From contig JAHJEO010000003.1 in assembly GCA_018825305.1 (NCBI GenBank), positions 53,931 through 117,930 of the forward strand: a stretch of DNA of 64,000 bases, given 5' to 3'. The notes beneath the pieces were generated by a model. The model was not told the DNA's origin, searched no databases, and saw only the letters and a list, made by a program, of their open reading frames with translations. Both the position numbers and the translations under genes were made by a program. The DNA is from Gammaproteobacteria bacterium. GTDB lineage: Bacteria; Pseudomonadota; Gammaproteobacteria; Burkholderiales; Rhodocyclaceae. Shown one piece after another: positions 42,532-52,063 of this stretch (its first letter is position 1; each line of letters opens with the position of its first letter).

Positions 42532-43161
42532 GTGACGGGTTCCATCATCCATTCCCGTTCAGTGACATTCCATCCGGCTGTCTGGATCGCGGGTTGGGCG
42601 GTGATCGCCCTGTTCCTGCAAGGTATCGAATTGCGCTGGCTCGCCGTGCTGGCAGCGCCGACTTTTTTCCTGGTGTCCGTTTTCGCTGCCGGCGACGCAC
42701 TGCGCCTGGCCAGGCGTGCCCGCTGGTTATTGCTTGCCATTGCCGTCCTGTTCATCGTTTCCACTCCTGGCGAGCGCCTGCCGGGGATCGCTGGCTCATT
42801 TGGTCTGACAAGCGACGGGTTTTCCCTCGCCGCCGAGCATGTTTTGCGCCTGCTGTTGCTGCTGACCACCCTGGCCTGGCTGCTCAAAGGATTGCGCAAC
42901 GAGGGATTGCTTGCCGGATTGCATTGCCTTACGCGACCGTTCGGCGCGGCCCGCGACCGTCTCGTTGTGCGCTTGTTGCTGGCGCTAGAGTACGCGGAAC
43001 ATGAAAACGATTCCGGAAACTGGCGCGCCTGGCTCGGCAGCGACGGTAGCAACGATGGTGAACGCAGCCACGTTCGACTGGAACTTGGACGCTTGCACCT
43101 TGCCGATCGCATCGCCCTGGCGACCTGCGGCGCGGTAGCCTTGCTGGCGGTGCTGAAATGA
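42532..43161 (+). CDS. hypothetical polytopic membrane protein (209 aa)
   Basis: 4-5 predicted TM helices and a faint CbiQ/EcfT-like flavour only. GTG start. The stop overlaps the truA ATG (ATGA). Confidence 0.45.
   Translation: MTGSIIHSRSVTFHPAVWIAGWAVIALFLQGIELRWLAVLAAPTFFLVSVFAAGDALRLARRARWLLLAIAVLFIVSTPGERLPGIAGSFGLTSDGFSLAAEHVLRLLLLLTTLAWLLKGLRNEGLLAGLHCLTRPFGAARDRLVVRLLLALEYAEHENDSGNWRAWLGSDGSNDGERSHVRLELGRLHLADRIALATCGAVALLAVLK
42644..42666 (-). repeat. 23-nt word, degenerate copy
   Basis: Plus strand reads CCGTGCtGgCAGCGCCGACTTTT, in the 209-aa membrane ORF (encodes AVLAAPTFF, a third reading register). Confidence 0.55.
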
Positions 43162-43937
43162 GGATCGCGCTCGGCCTCGAGTACGACGGCACGGCGTTTT
43201 CCGGCTGGCAGTCCCAGTCGCACGGCAATACCGTGCAGGATGTGCTTGAAAAGGCGCTGGGCCGGATCGCCGAGGCCCCGATACGCGTTGCCTGTGCCGG
43301 CCGTACCGATGCCGGCGTGCACGCGCTAGCCCAGGTCGTTCATTTCGACGTGGCAGTCGACCGCCGGGACAGCGCATGGGTGCGGGGCGTCAATAGCCAT
43401 TTGCCCCCCCAGGTTGCGGTGCGCTGGGCGCAGCCCGTCGCCGCCGATTTTCACGCGCGCTTCTCGGCGCTGTCGCGCAGCTACCGCTATGTTCTGCTCA
43501 ACCGCCCGGTGCGGCCGGCAGTACAGAATGGCCGCGTCGGCTGGTGCCATCAGCCCCTCGACTTCTCCGCAATGGCCGCCGCCGCCCGCCTGCTGCTCGG
43601 CGAGCACGACTTCACGGCCTTTCGTGCCGCCGAATGCCAGGCCAAGTCGCCGGTGAGGCACTGCTACCGGGCCGATGTCACGCCTGAGGGCGATGTGGTG
43701 ACTTTCGATTTTCGTGCCAACGCCTTCCTCCACCACATGGTGAGAAACATCGTCGGCGCCCTGGTCTATGTCGGCAAGGGCAAGCATCCGCCGCAATGGA
43801 TCGGCGAACTGCTCGCCGGTTTGGATCGCTCACTCGCGGCGCCGACATTCGATCCCGCCGGCCTCTACTTCGCCGGCGTTGAATATGCCCCTGAGTGGGG
43901 CCTGCCGGCCCCGCCCGGGATTATCATCCGGCCATGA
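43158..43937 (+). CDS. truA: tRNA pseudouridine(38-40) synthase
   Basis: MRIALGLEYDGTAFSGWQSQ...CAGRTDAGVHA. Confidence 0.95.
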   Translation: MRIALGLEYDGTAFSGWQSQSHGNTVQDVLEKALGRIAEAPIRVACAGRTDAGVHALAQVVHFDVAVDRRDSAWVRGVNSHLPPQVAVRWAQPVAADFHARFSALSRSYRYVLLNRPVRPAVQNGRVGWCHQPLDFSAMAAAARLLLGEHDFTAFRAAECQAKSPVRHCYRADVTPEGDVVTFDFRANAFLHHMVRNIVGALVYVGKGKHPPQWIGELLAGLDRSLAAPTFDPAGLYFAGVEYAPEWGLPAPPGIIIRP

Positions 43938-44564
43938 ATGCACGCACCCGAATCAAGATCTGCGGCATAACGCGCAGCGAGGATTTGCAGGCGGCGATCG
44001 GCGCCGGTGCCGATGCGCTGGGCTTCGTCTTCTATCCGCCGAGCCAGCGTTTCGTCAATCCCGATGCCGCCGCGCGCCTGTGCTGCGAGGTACCGCCCTT
44101 CGTCACCCGCGTCGGCCTGTTCGTCAACGCCGATCCGGCCGCCGTGCGCGAGACCCTGGCCACGGCATCGCTCGATCTGTTGCAGTTCCATGGCGACGAA
44201 GACGCCGCCTACTGCCGTCAGTTCGGCAAGCCCTACATCAAAGCAGCAAGAGTTCGGCCGGGGCTCGATTTGGTAGAATTCGGGCGCTCGTTTGCCACCG
44301 CTGGCGGAATCCTGCTTGACGCCTACGTCGAGGGCTACGGTGGCGCGGGACAGACTTTTGACTGGAGCTTGATTCCCCGGCAATTGCCAAGGCCGATGGT
44401 GCTCTCGGGTGGGCTGACGCCGGCCAATGTGGGCGAGGCAATTGTCAGGCTGCGGCCTTGGGCCGTCGATGTCAGTAGCGGGGTCGAACTGGCCAAAGGC
44501 ATCAAGGATGCCGACAAGATCGCGGCATTTGTCGCGGCGGTAAAAGAAGCGGATGCTCAAACGG

Positions 44565-44572
<8 letters not shown>
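43934..44572 (+). CDS. trpF: phosphoribosylanthranilate isomerase
   Basis: [21 protein letters not shown]... ATGA overlap with truA. Confidence 0.93.
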
Positions 44573-45770
<1,198 letters not shown>

Positions 45771-45783
45771 TCCATCGATCCCA

Positions 45784-46599
45784 ATGTCGCGCATCCAAGC
45801 CAAGTTCGCCGCACTCAAGACCCAAGGCCGCAAGGCGCTGATCCCCTTCATTACCGCCGGAGACCCCGAACCGGGCCAGACCCTGCCGCTGATGCTCGCG
45901 CTGGTCGCCGGTGGCGCCGACATCATCGAACTTGGCGTACCCTTTTCCGATCCGATGGCCGATGGTCCGACCATCCAGCGTGCCTCTGAGCGGGCGCTGG
46001 CTTACGGCGTTTCGCTGCGCATTGTGCTCGGCATGGTGCGCGAGTTCCGCAAGCGTGACGCCGATACGCCGGTGGTGCTGATGGGCTACGCCAACCCGGT
46101 CGAAGCCTACGGCAGCGAGGCCTTCGCCCGCGATGCCAAGGCGGCCGGCGTCGATGGCGCGCTGATCGTCGATTACCCGCCCGAAGAATGTGCCGAGTTT
46201 GCCGCCACGCTCAAGTCGGCCGGACTCGATCCGATCTTCCTGCTGGCGCCGACGTCCGTGGAGACGCGCTTTGCCGAAGTTGGCGCCATGGGCAGCGGCT
46301 ACATCTACTACGTCTCGCTCAAGGGTGTCACTGGCTCGGCCGCCATCGACCTCGACGACGTGGCGCGGCGCATTCCCGCCATTCGCGACAAGGTTGGTTT
46401 GCCGGTCGGCGTCGGCTTCGGCATCCGTGATGCTGAAAGCGCGGCGCGGATCGCAGGCGTTGCCGATGCCGTGGTCATCGGTAGCCGCCTCATCGAAATC
46501 ATCGAACAGAGTCCGCCTGGCGAGGCCCCCGGGCGGGTCACGGAATTCCTCGGCGGCGTTCGCGCCGCCATGGATCAGAAAAGTGGGGTATCCGCATGA
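45784..46599 (+). CDS. trpA: tryptophan synthase alpha chain
   Basis: [30 protein letters not shown]...[17 protein letters not shown]. Confidence 0.96.
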   Translation: MSRIQAKFAALKTQGRKALIPFITAGDPEPGQTLPLMLALVAGGADIIELGVPFSDPMADGPTIQRASERALAYGVSLRIVLGMVREFRKRDADTPVVLMGYANPVEAYGSEAFARDAKAAGVDGALIVDYPPEECAEFAATLKSAGLDPIFLLAPTSVETRFAEVGAMGSGYIYYVSLKGVTGSAAIDLDDVARRIPAIRDKVGLPVGVGFGIRDAESAARIAGVADAVVIGSRLIEIIEQSPPGEAPGRVTEFLGGVRAAMDQKSGVSA

Positions 46600-47459
46600 G
46601 CTGGATCCAGAAACTGTTGCCGCCCAAGATCAAGCGCAGCGAGGGGGCGAAGAAGACCATCCCCGAAGGCCTTTGGTCGAAGTGCCCGGCTTGCGAGGCC
46701 GTCCTCTACAGCACCGACCTGGCAAGCAATCTCGGTGTCTGCCCCAAGTGCGGCCACCACCACCGCATGCGCGCCCGCACCCGGCTCGACCTGCTGCTCG
46801 ACAGCGAGGGGCGCTTCGAGATCGGCGCCGAGGTCATCCCGCTCGACCCGCTCAAGTTCAAGGACAGCAAGCGTTACTGCGACCGGTTGGCCGCGGCCAA
46901 TGCCGATACCGATGAAGCCGACGCGCTGATCGTGCTGCAGGGGGCGATCAAGACGGTACAGGTCGTCGTCGCCTGTTTCGAGTTCGAATTCATGGGCGGT
47001 TCGATGGGCTCCGTGGTGGGCGAACGCTTCGTTCGCGGCGTCAAGGCCGCCATCGAAAATCAGCTGCCCTTCATCTGTATTACCGCCTCGGGCGGTGCAC
47101 GGATGCAGGAGGGCCTGTTCTCGCTGATGCAGATGGCCAAGACCACGGCGGCGGCAACGCAGCTGGCGCGACATCAGCTGCCCTTCATCACCGTACTGAC
47201 CGACCCGACCATGGGCGGCGTGTCGGCGTCGTTCGCCTTCGTCGGCGACGTCGTGATCGCCGAACCCGGCGCACTGATCGGCTTCGCCGGTCCGCGCGTG
47301 ATCGAGCAGACCGTGCGCGAGAAACTGCCGGACGGCTTCCAGCGTTCCGAGTTTCTGCTCGAGAAGGGTGCAATCGACATGATCGTCGACCGCCGCGAGA
47401 TGCGCGATCGGATCGCCTCGGTGCTTACGCTTTTGCAGCGCGTTCCCGCCGTGCAGTGA
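46596..47459 (+). CDS. accD: acetyl-CoA carboxylase carboxyltransferase beta subunit
   Basis: Zn-ribbon CPACEAVLY...CPKCGHH plus the CT domain. ATGA overlap with trpA. Confidence 0.96.
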   Translation: MSWIQKLLPPKIKRSEGAKKTIPEGLWSKCPACEAVLYSTDLASNLGVCPKCGHHHRMRARTRLDLLLDSEGRFEIGAEVIPLDPLKFKDSKRYCDRLAAANADTDEADALIVLQGAIKTVQVVVACFEFEFMGGSMGSVVGERFVRGVKAAIENQLPFICITASGGARMQEGLFSLMQMAKTTAAATQLARHQLPFITVLTDPTMGGVSASFAFVGDVVIAEPGALIGFAGPRVIEQTVREKLPDGFQRSEFLLEKGAIDMIVDRREMRDRIASVLTLLQRVPAVQ

Positions 47460-47472
47460 TGGATTGGACGCT

Positions 47473-47690
47473 TGCCGGGTCTCGCCCCGGCGGGCGAGGT
47501 ACTTTCTTGCTGCGCGGCAAGAAAGTACCCAAAGAAACGCGCCCCGCTACCCCGGCCCTACGGGCTTCCCTCGCTCCGTGCCATCAGTCCGGCCGGCCGC
47601 TAAACTCGCCTACGGCTCAGACAACGCGGCCGGACATCCCCGGACTGACGCCCCTCCACTCGGCGGGGCAGAGGGGACGGAAAACCGTCA
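47473..47690 (+). repeat. about 215-bp structured repeat, copy A (left arm of inverted pair)
   Basis: Roughly 90% identical by eye to the reverse complement of 49282..49492, with 1-2 indels. Contains hairpins CTCGCCC-cggc-GGGCGAG and GGTACTTTCTTGC-tgcgcg-GCAAGAAAGTACC. The similarity also shows as near-identical spurious peptides in ORFs 47456..47860 (+) and 49168..50157 / 49287..49493 (-). Confidence 0.85.
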
Positions 47691-47708
47691 CCAGCCCAAT
47701 GTCCGTCG

Positions 47709-47731
47709 CCGTGTCGCCAGCGCCGACTTTT
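47709..47731 (-). repeat. 23-nt word, near-canonical copy
   Basis: Plus strand reads CCGTGtCGCCAGCGCCGACTTTT. Non-coding, just inside the inner edge of repeat copy A. Confidence 0.85.
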
Positions 47732-47911
47732 TCAAGCGGCGGCTTGCGGCCAGAAACGGACCTTCGGACCTTCGCCCGAAAGCGGCCACTTGCCTTGGAA
47801 ATAATCCACATCTGTCCGGCATATTGGAGTTGTTATACTGACCGCCAGAACTACAAGTGACTGAAAGTCATGAACAAAGAACAGCGAAACCCGCGTCATC
47901 AATATCAATTG

Positions 47912-47937
47912 TTATACGGACCCCAGGGTCCGTGTAA
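47912..47937. promoter_or_regulatory. palindromic operator candidate upstream of brnT
   Basis: TTAtACGGACCC-ca-GGGTCCGTgTAA (11 of 12 positions pair per arm), about 65 nt upstream of the brnT ATG in AT-rich DNA. Confidence 0.45.
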
Positions 47938-48001
47938 ACACTGTTGAGGCCATCCATATCACCGTATGGCTTTTTGTATGGGCTAGTGCTACTCTGTGTC
48001 C

Positions 48002-48286
48002 ATGGCTAAAACTCGCTTTGATTGGGACCCAGACAAGGACGCCGAGAATCAGAGAAAGCACGGGGCCTCCTTCTCCCGTGCCCAGTACGCCTTTGCGGAC
48101 CCGCAACGCGTGATAGCCAAGGACGAGGCACACAGCCAAACCGAAGAACGGTTCTATTGCTTCGGCGAAGTTGACGGCGGTGTGCTCACGGTGCGGTTCA
48201 CTTACCGCGCTTCGGTTATTCGAATCATCGGGGCCGGTTATTGGCGAAAAGGAAAGGCGATCTATGAGCGCGAAAACGCAGCGTAG
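48002..48286 (+). CDS. brnT: BrnT-family (DUF497) type II toxin
   Basis: MAKTRFDWDPDKDAENQRKHGASFSRAQYAFADP...RIIGAGYWRKG matches the FxWDxxKxxxNxxKHG signature. Confidence 0.85.
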   Translation: MAKTRFDWDPDKDAENQRKHGASFSRAQYAFADPQRVIAKDEAHSQTEERFYCFGEVDGGVLTVRFTYRASVIRIIGAGYWRKGKAIYERENAA

Positions 48287-48611
48287 CGAAGTTTCAGAGA
48301 AGGCTAATGCCGGCTCAAGCCGGCGTTACGCCGAAACTAAAATTAAATACACCGATGAACCCCTTGGCAAAGTTCAGGTGGTTCCCGACTTTCTCCCCTC
48401 GCCGGCTGAGTTGGCATTTCGTGAAGAGGGTGTGAAAGTAACTCTGGCTTTGAGCAAAAAGAGCATCGAGTTCTTCAAGTCGGAGGCTTCAAAACATCAC
48501 ACTCAGTACCAGCGCATGATTCGCCGCCTTCTCGACGCTTACGTTGATGGCCAAGCCCCAACCCGGCAGTCCACACGGACGCTGCGCGACAAAGCCGCGC
48601 AGCGCCGGTGA
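48264..48611 (+). CDS. brnA: BrnA-family antitoxin (C-terminal RHH/CopG-like)
   Basis: Overlaps the brnT 3' end by 23 nt. VKVTLALSKKSIEFFKSEASKHHTQYQRMIRRLLDAYV is the BrnA pattern. Confidence 0.8.
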   Translation: MSAKTQRSEVSEKANAGSSRRYAETKIKYTDEPLGKVQVVPDFLPSPAELAFREEGVKVTLALSKKSIEFFKSEASKHHTQYQRMIRRLLDAYVDGQAPTRQSTRTLRDKAAQRR

Positions 48612-48632
48612 CTTTTACGTTGGGCCTAACAA

Positions 48633-49220
48633 ATGAGTCTTCAAAAATCACTCGGCAGAGCATTGCTCAGTTTCTACAAAAGAAGAAAGCAAGCCAGCTC
48701 CGATCTGAGCCTCGAAAACTGTCTCGACGCAGCCCGCGCTACTGCATCACGCACCAAGTATTGCTTTCTCGTCACGTCGGGAGAGCACGGGTGGCCGAGC
48801 GCCAGACTCGTTGAGCCTATATGCGATCTCGACGAATTTGACGTCTATATCGGCACCAACCCGGCGCTTCGAAAGATCAGGGAAATCTCTGCCTGTGCCA
48901 ATGTCACTTTGGCCTTCGGCAACCCTTCGGAGAAGGCAAACCTCATCATTTATGGCACCGCAACTTTCAGCGTCGAACCGGAGATCAAGCGCCGTTATTG
49001 GAAAAGTACGTGGCGGCTGTTTTTTTCCAGCGGTCCAAACGGCAACGACTATGCGGTCGTAAAGGTTCGAGCTGAGCGCATGGAACTCTTGAGTTTTCGG
49101 CGCAATGTAATCCCAGAGCCGTTCGGCCTATGCCCTGTTCTGCTCCAGAGGACACCACAAGGTTGGACTATGCAGGCCCAACAACCGCTTCCAGCCGACG
49201 CGGATTTGCCGCGCGGCTGA
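48633..49220 (+). CDS. pyridoxamine 5'-phosphate oxidase-like (general stress protein 26-like) FMN-binding protein
   Basis: 195 aa. The split-barrel-like core (YCFLVTSGEHGWPSARLVEP...VTLAFGNPSEKANLIIYGTATF...RYWKSTW) resembles the PNPOx-like family. Confidence 0.65.
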   Translation: MSLQKSLGRALLSFYKRRKQASSDLSLENCLDAARATASRTKYCFLVTSGEHGWPSARLVEPICDLDEFDVYIGTNPALRKIREISACANVTLAFGNPSEKANLIIYGTATFSVEPEIKRRYWKSTWRLFFSSGPNGNDYAVVKVRAERMELLSFRRNVIPEPFGLCPVLLQRTPQGWTMQAQQPLPADADLPRG

Positions 49221-49281
49221 AGCGGAGCGGTCTGAGCGTCGGCTTCCCCGTATCGCCAACTTCGGCTAAGGGTCGAGAGCC

Positions 49282-49492
49282 GACGGTTATCCCCTCTGCC
49301 CCGCCGAGTGGAGGGGCGTCAGTCCGGGGATGTCCGGTCGCGTTGTCTGAGCCGCAGGCGAGTTTAGCGGCCGGCCGGACTGGCGGCCCGGAGCGAGGGA
49401 AGTCGAAGGCCGGGGCAGCGGGGCGCGTTTCTTTGGTTTCTTTCTTGCCGCGCAGCAAGAAAGTACCTCGCCCGCCGGGGCGAGACCCGGCA
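49282..49492 (-). repeat. about 210-bp structured repeat, copy B (right arm of inverted pair)
   Basis: Reverse complement aligns with 47473..47690. It ends 38 nt before the folC start. Confidence 0.85.
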
Positions 49493-49530
49493 TGTGACCA
49501 GATACCGACGATGATGCAATCGAAGATCAA

Positions 49531-50835
49531 GTGACCGCACAACCCGACAACCTTCCCGGTTGGCTTGCCTATATCGAGCGCCAGCACGCCCAGCCGATCG
49601 CGCTGGGCCTCGACCGGGTGCGCGAAGTCAGCCGCCGCCTGGGTCAACGCCAGACTTGCCCGCTCATCCTCGTTGGCGGCACCAACGGCAAGGGCTCGAC
49701 CTGCGCCATGCTTGAGCGCATCCTGCTTTGCGCCGGCTACCGGGTCGGCCTCTACACCTCGCCGCATTTGCTCGCATACAACGAGCGCGTCCGCATCGAT
49801 GGCGTGGCTGTCGAAGATGCGCCGCTGCGTGCCGGTTTCGCCCGTGTCGAGGCTGCCAGAATCGACGGCAACGATGTACCGCTGACCTATTTCGAATTCG
49901 GCACGCTGGCAGCGTGGGAGGTGTTCGCGGCGCAGGCTTTGGATGTCGTCATCCTCGAAGTCGGTCTCGGCGGCCGCCTCGACGCCACCAACATCTATGA
50001 GCCGGATGTCGCCATCGTCACCAGCGTCGACATGGATCACATGGACTACCTCGGCGCCACGCGCGAGGCCATCGGTTTCGAAAAAGCCGGGATATTCCGC
50101 GCCGGCCGGCCGGCCATCTGCGGCGATGCCGATCCGCCGGCCAGCCTGGTGGAACATTGCCGTACCGCCGGCGCCGACTTTTTGCAGATCGGCCGCGACT
50201 TCGGCTACGTGCGGCAGGAGGGCCAGTGGCAGTACTGGGGCTCGGGCGGAAAGCGTTCCGGCCTGGCGTTTCCGGCCTTGCGCGGCGCGGTGCAGTTGGG
50301 CAACGCGGCCTGCGTGCTGGCTGCGCTCGATACGCTACGCGAGAAACTGCCGGTGGCGATGCAGGAGGTCCGCCGCGGCTTGCTCGAAGTCGAACTGCCC
50401 GGGCGCTTCCAGGTGCTGCCGGGGCAACCGACGCTGGTGCTCGACGTCGCCCACAACCCGCAGGCGGCGCGCGTGCTGGCGGACAGCCTCGGCGGCATGG
50501 CCTTCCACCCCGTCACCTGGGCCGTGTTCGGCATGCTGGCGGACAAGGACATTCCCGCCGTGATCGAGGCGATCAAGCACCGCGTCGATGTCTGGCTGCC
50601 CTGCACGCTCGAAGGCACCCGTGCCGCCAGCGCCGACTTTCTGGCGCAGGCGCTGGAGGCTTCCGGCTGCAAGGTCGGCGGCCGTTTCGCAACGCCGGCG
50701 GAAGCCCTCCGGGAAGCGCAGGCCCGGGCGAATGAAGATGATAGAATCCTCGCCTTCGGATCTTTCCTGACGGTTGCCGAGGTTCTGCGCGCACGAGCCC
50801 CAAAGCGAATGGCGAATGGCGAAAATTTCGACTGA
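49531..50835 (+). CDS. folC: bifunctional folylpolyglutamate synthase / dihydrofolate synthase
   Basis: GTG start; LILVGGTNGKGSTCAML P-loop; 434 aa. Confidence 0.93.
   Translation: MTAQPDNLPGWLAYIERQHAQPIALGLDRVREVSRRLGQRQTCPLILVGGTNGKGSTCAMLERILLCAGYRVGLYTSPHLLAYNERVRIDGVAVEDAPLRAGFARVEAARIDGNDVPLTYFEFGTLAAWEVFAAQALDVVILEVGLGGRLDATNIYEPDVAIVTSVDMDHMDYLGATREAIGFEKAGIFRAGRPAICGDADPPASLVEHCRTAGADFLQIGRDFGYVRQEGQWQYWGSGGKRSGLAFPALRGAVQLGNAACVLAALDTLREKLPVAMQEVRRGLLEVELPGRFQVLPGQPTLVLDVAHNPQAARVLADSLGGMAFHPVTWAVFGMLADKDIPAVIEAIKHRVDVWLPCTLEGTRAASADFLAQALEASGCKVGGRFATPAEALREAQARANEDDRILAFGSFLTVAEVLRARAPKRMANGENFD
50160..50182 (-). repeat. 23-nt word, degenerate copy
   Basis: Plus strand reads CCGTaCCGCCgGCGCCGACTTTT, in folC (encodes RTAGADF). 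Confidence 0.55.
50619..50641 (-). repeat. 23-nt word, near-canonical copy
   Basis: Plus strand reads CCGTGCCGCCAGCGCCGACTTTc, in folC (encodes RAASADF). Confidence 0.85.
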
Positions 50836-51535
50836 AAGCGCAATGCAAGACGACGCGCAAAATGAACTCAAGCGCCGGGCCCGTCGCCGCATCGTCGGTG
50901 CGACGGCACTGGCGCTGGCCGCGGTGATCGTGCTGCCGATGGTCATGGACCACGAGCCGCGGATGCCGGCACAGGATATCCAGGTCCGCATCCCCAGCCA
51001 GGAAGGCTCCGGCGGCATCGCCTCGCGCATCCTGCCCGGCAAGGGGGCGACACCCCTTCCGCCCGCCGCGCCTGTGGTCGAAGCCAAGGCCGCGATGCCG
51101 ACGCCGGTGGTCGAGCCCGTAGCGCCGGCCAAGCCTGAGGCCCCACCCGAAGCCAAACCCGAGACCAAGCCGGCGGCGAAGCCCGAGCCGAAAGCGGCAG
51201 CAGCGCCGGCCAAACCCGCCGATGCCAAAGGTGCAGACAAGCGGGCGCACGATGCCGACGCCGCACGCGCTGCCGCCGCGCTGAGTGGCCGCAACGGCGC
51301 CAGCGGCGAGCAGTGGGTGGTCCAACTCGGGGCCTACCGCGAGGAAGGCAACGTCAGGCTGCTGGTCAAAAAATTGAGGGAAATGGGCGTGCCGAGCTAC
51401 ACCGAGGCGTTCGATTCGCCGCAAGGTCCGCGCACCCGTGTGCGCGCCGGCCCGTTTGCGACGAAGGACGCGGCGGAGAAGGCGCAGGCGAAGGCGAAGA
51501 TCATCGGCGTGAATGGGCCGGTCGCCGCAAAATAG
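50816..51535 (+). CDS. SPOR-domain cell-division protein (DedD-like)
   Basis: One TM segment, a Pro/Ala/Lys-rich linker and a C-terminal SPOR domain (QWVVQLGAYREEGNVRLLVKKLREMG...RVRAGPF). An alternative start exists at 50843. Confidence 0.8.
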   Translation: MAKISTESAMQDDAQNELKRRARRRIVGATALALAAVIVLPMVMDHEPRMPAQDIQVRIPSQEGSGGIASRILPGKGATPLPPAAPVVEAKAAMPTPVVEPVAPAKPEAPPEAKPETKPAAKPEPKAAAAPAKPADAKGADKRAHDADAARAAAALSGRNGASGEQWVVQLGAYREEGNVRLLVKKLREMGVPSYTEAFDSPQGPRTRVRAGPFATKDAAEKAQAKAKIIGVNGPVAAK

Positions 51536-51553
51536 CGGCCGGGCGAGGGTGTC

Positions 51554-52045
51554 GTGACCGCGTTCGATTATGCCGTGCTTGCGGTGATGGCAGCCTCGCT
51601 GCTGCTGGGATTGTGGCGAGGTGTGGTTAGTGAAATCCTGGCCCTGCTGGCCTGGGTCGTCGCGTTCGTGGCGGCTCGCATGCTGGCCGCCGATGTGGCG
51701 CCGGTGTTCGGCGGGCTGGTGCCGGACGGCGCCTTGCGTTATGTGGCTGGTTTTGCGACGGTGTTCGTTGCAGTGCTGGTGGTGTTTTCGATTGGCCGGC
51801 TGGTGGTGCGGCTGTTGTTGAAGGCGGTTGGCCTCGGTTGGGTGGATCGCGCGCTCGGCGCGGTGTTCGGCATCGCGCGTGGCGTGTTGATCGCGCTGAT
51901 TGCGGTGCTGCTCGGCGGACTCACGCCGCTGCCGAAGGAAAGCTGGTGGCGCGAGGCGATGCTGGCCCCGCCGCTGGAAACGGCGATCATTGCCGCGAAG
52001 CCCTGGCTTCCGGCGGAAGTTTCAAAACGGATTCGATTCAGATAG
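51554..52045 (+). CDS. cvpA: colicin V production protein CvpA
   Basis: MTAFDYAVLAVMAASLLLGLWRGVVSEILALLAWV... with 4 TM helices. Conserved position before purF. Confidence 0.9.
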   Translation: MTAFDYAVLAVMAASLLLGLWRGVVSEILALLAWVVAFVAARMLAADVAPVFGGLVPDGALRYVAGFATVFVAVLVVFSIGRLVVRLLLKAVGLGWVDRALGAVFGIARGVLIALIAVLLGGLTPLPKESWWREAMLAPPLETAIIAAKPWLPAEVSKRIRFR

Positions 52046-52063
52046 CGGGACGGGTGAAGCGCG

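Noticed and set aside
47456-47860. 134-aa ORF, plus the mirror ORFs 49168..50157 and 49287..49493, with near-identical peptides
   Set aside because: The peptide identity merely reflects translation of the inverted DNA repeat. The ORFs are Arg/Pro/Gly-rich, and 49168..50157 is antisense to folC. They are treated as non-coding repeats.
47869-47943. 24-codon ORF (MNKEQRNPRHQYQLLYGPQGPCKHC) upstream of brnT
   Set aside because: There is no RBS, and it overlaps the palindromic operator candidate. It is too short and unsupported to call.
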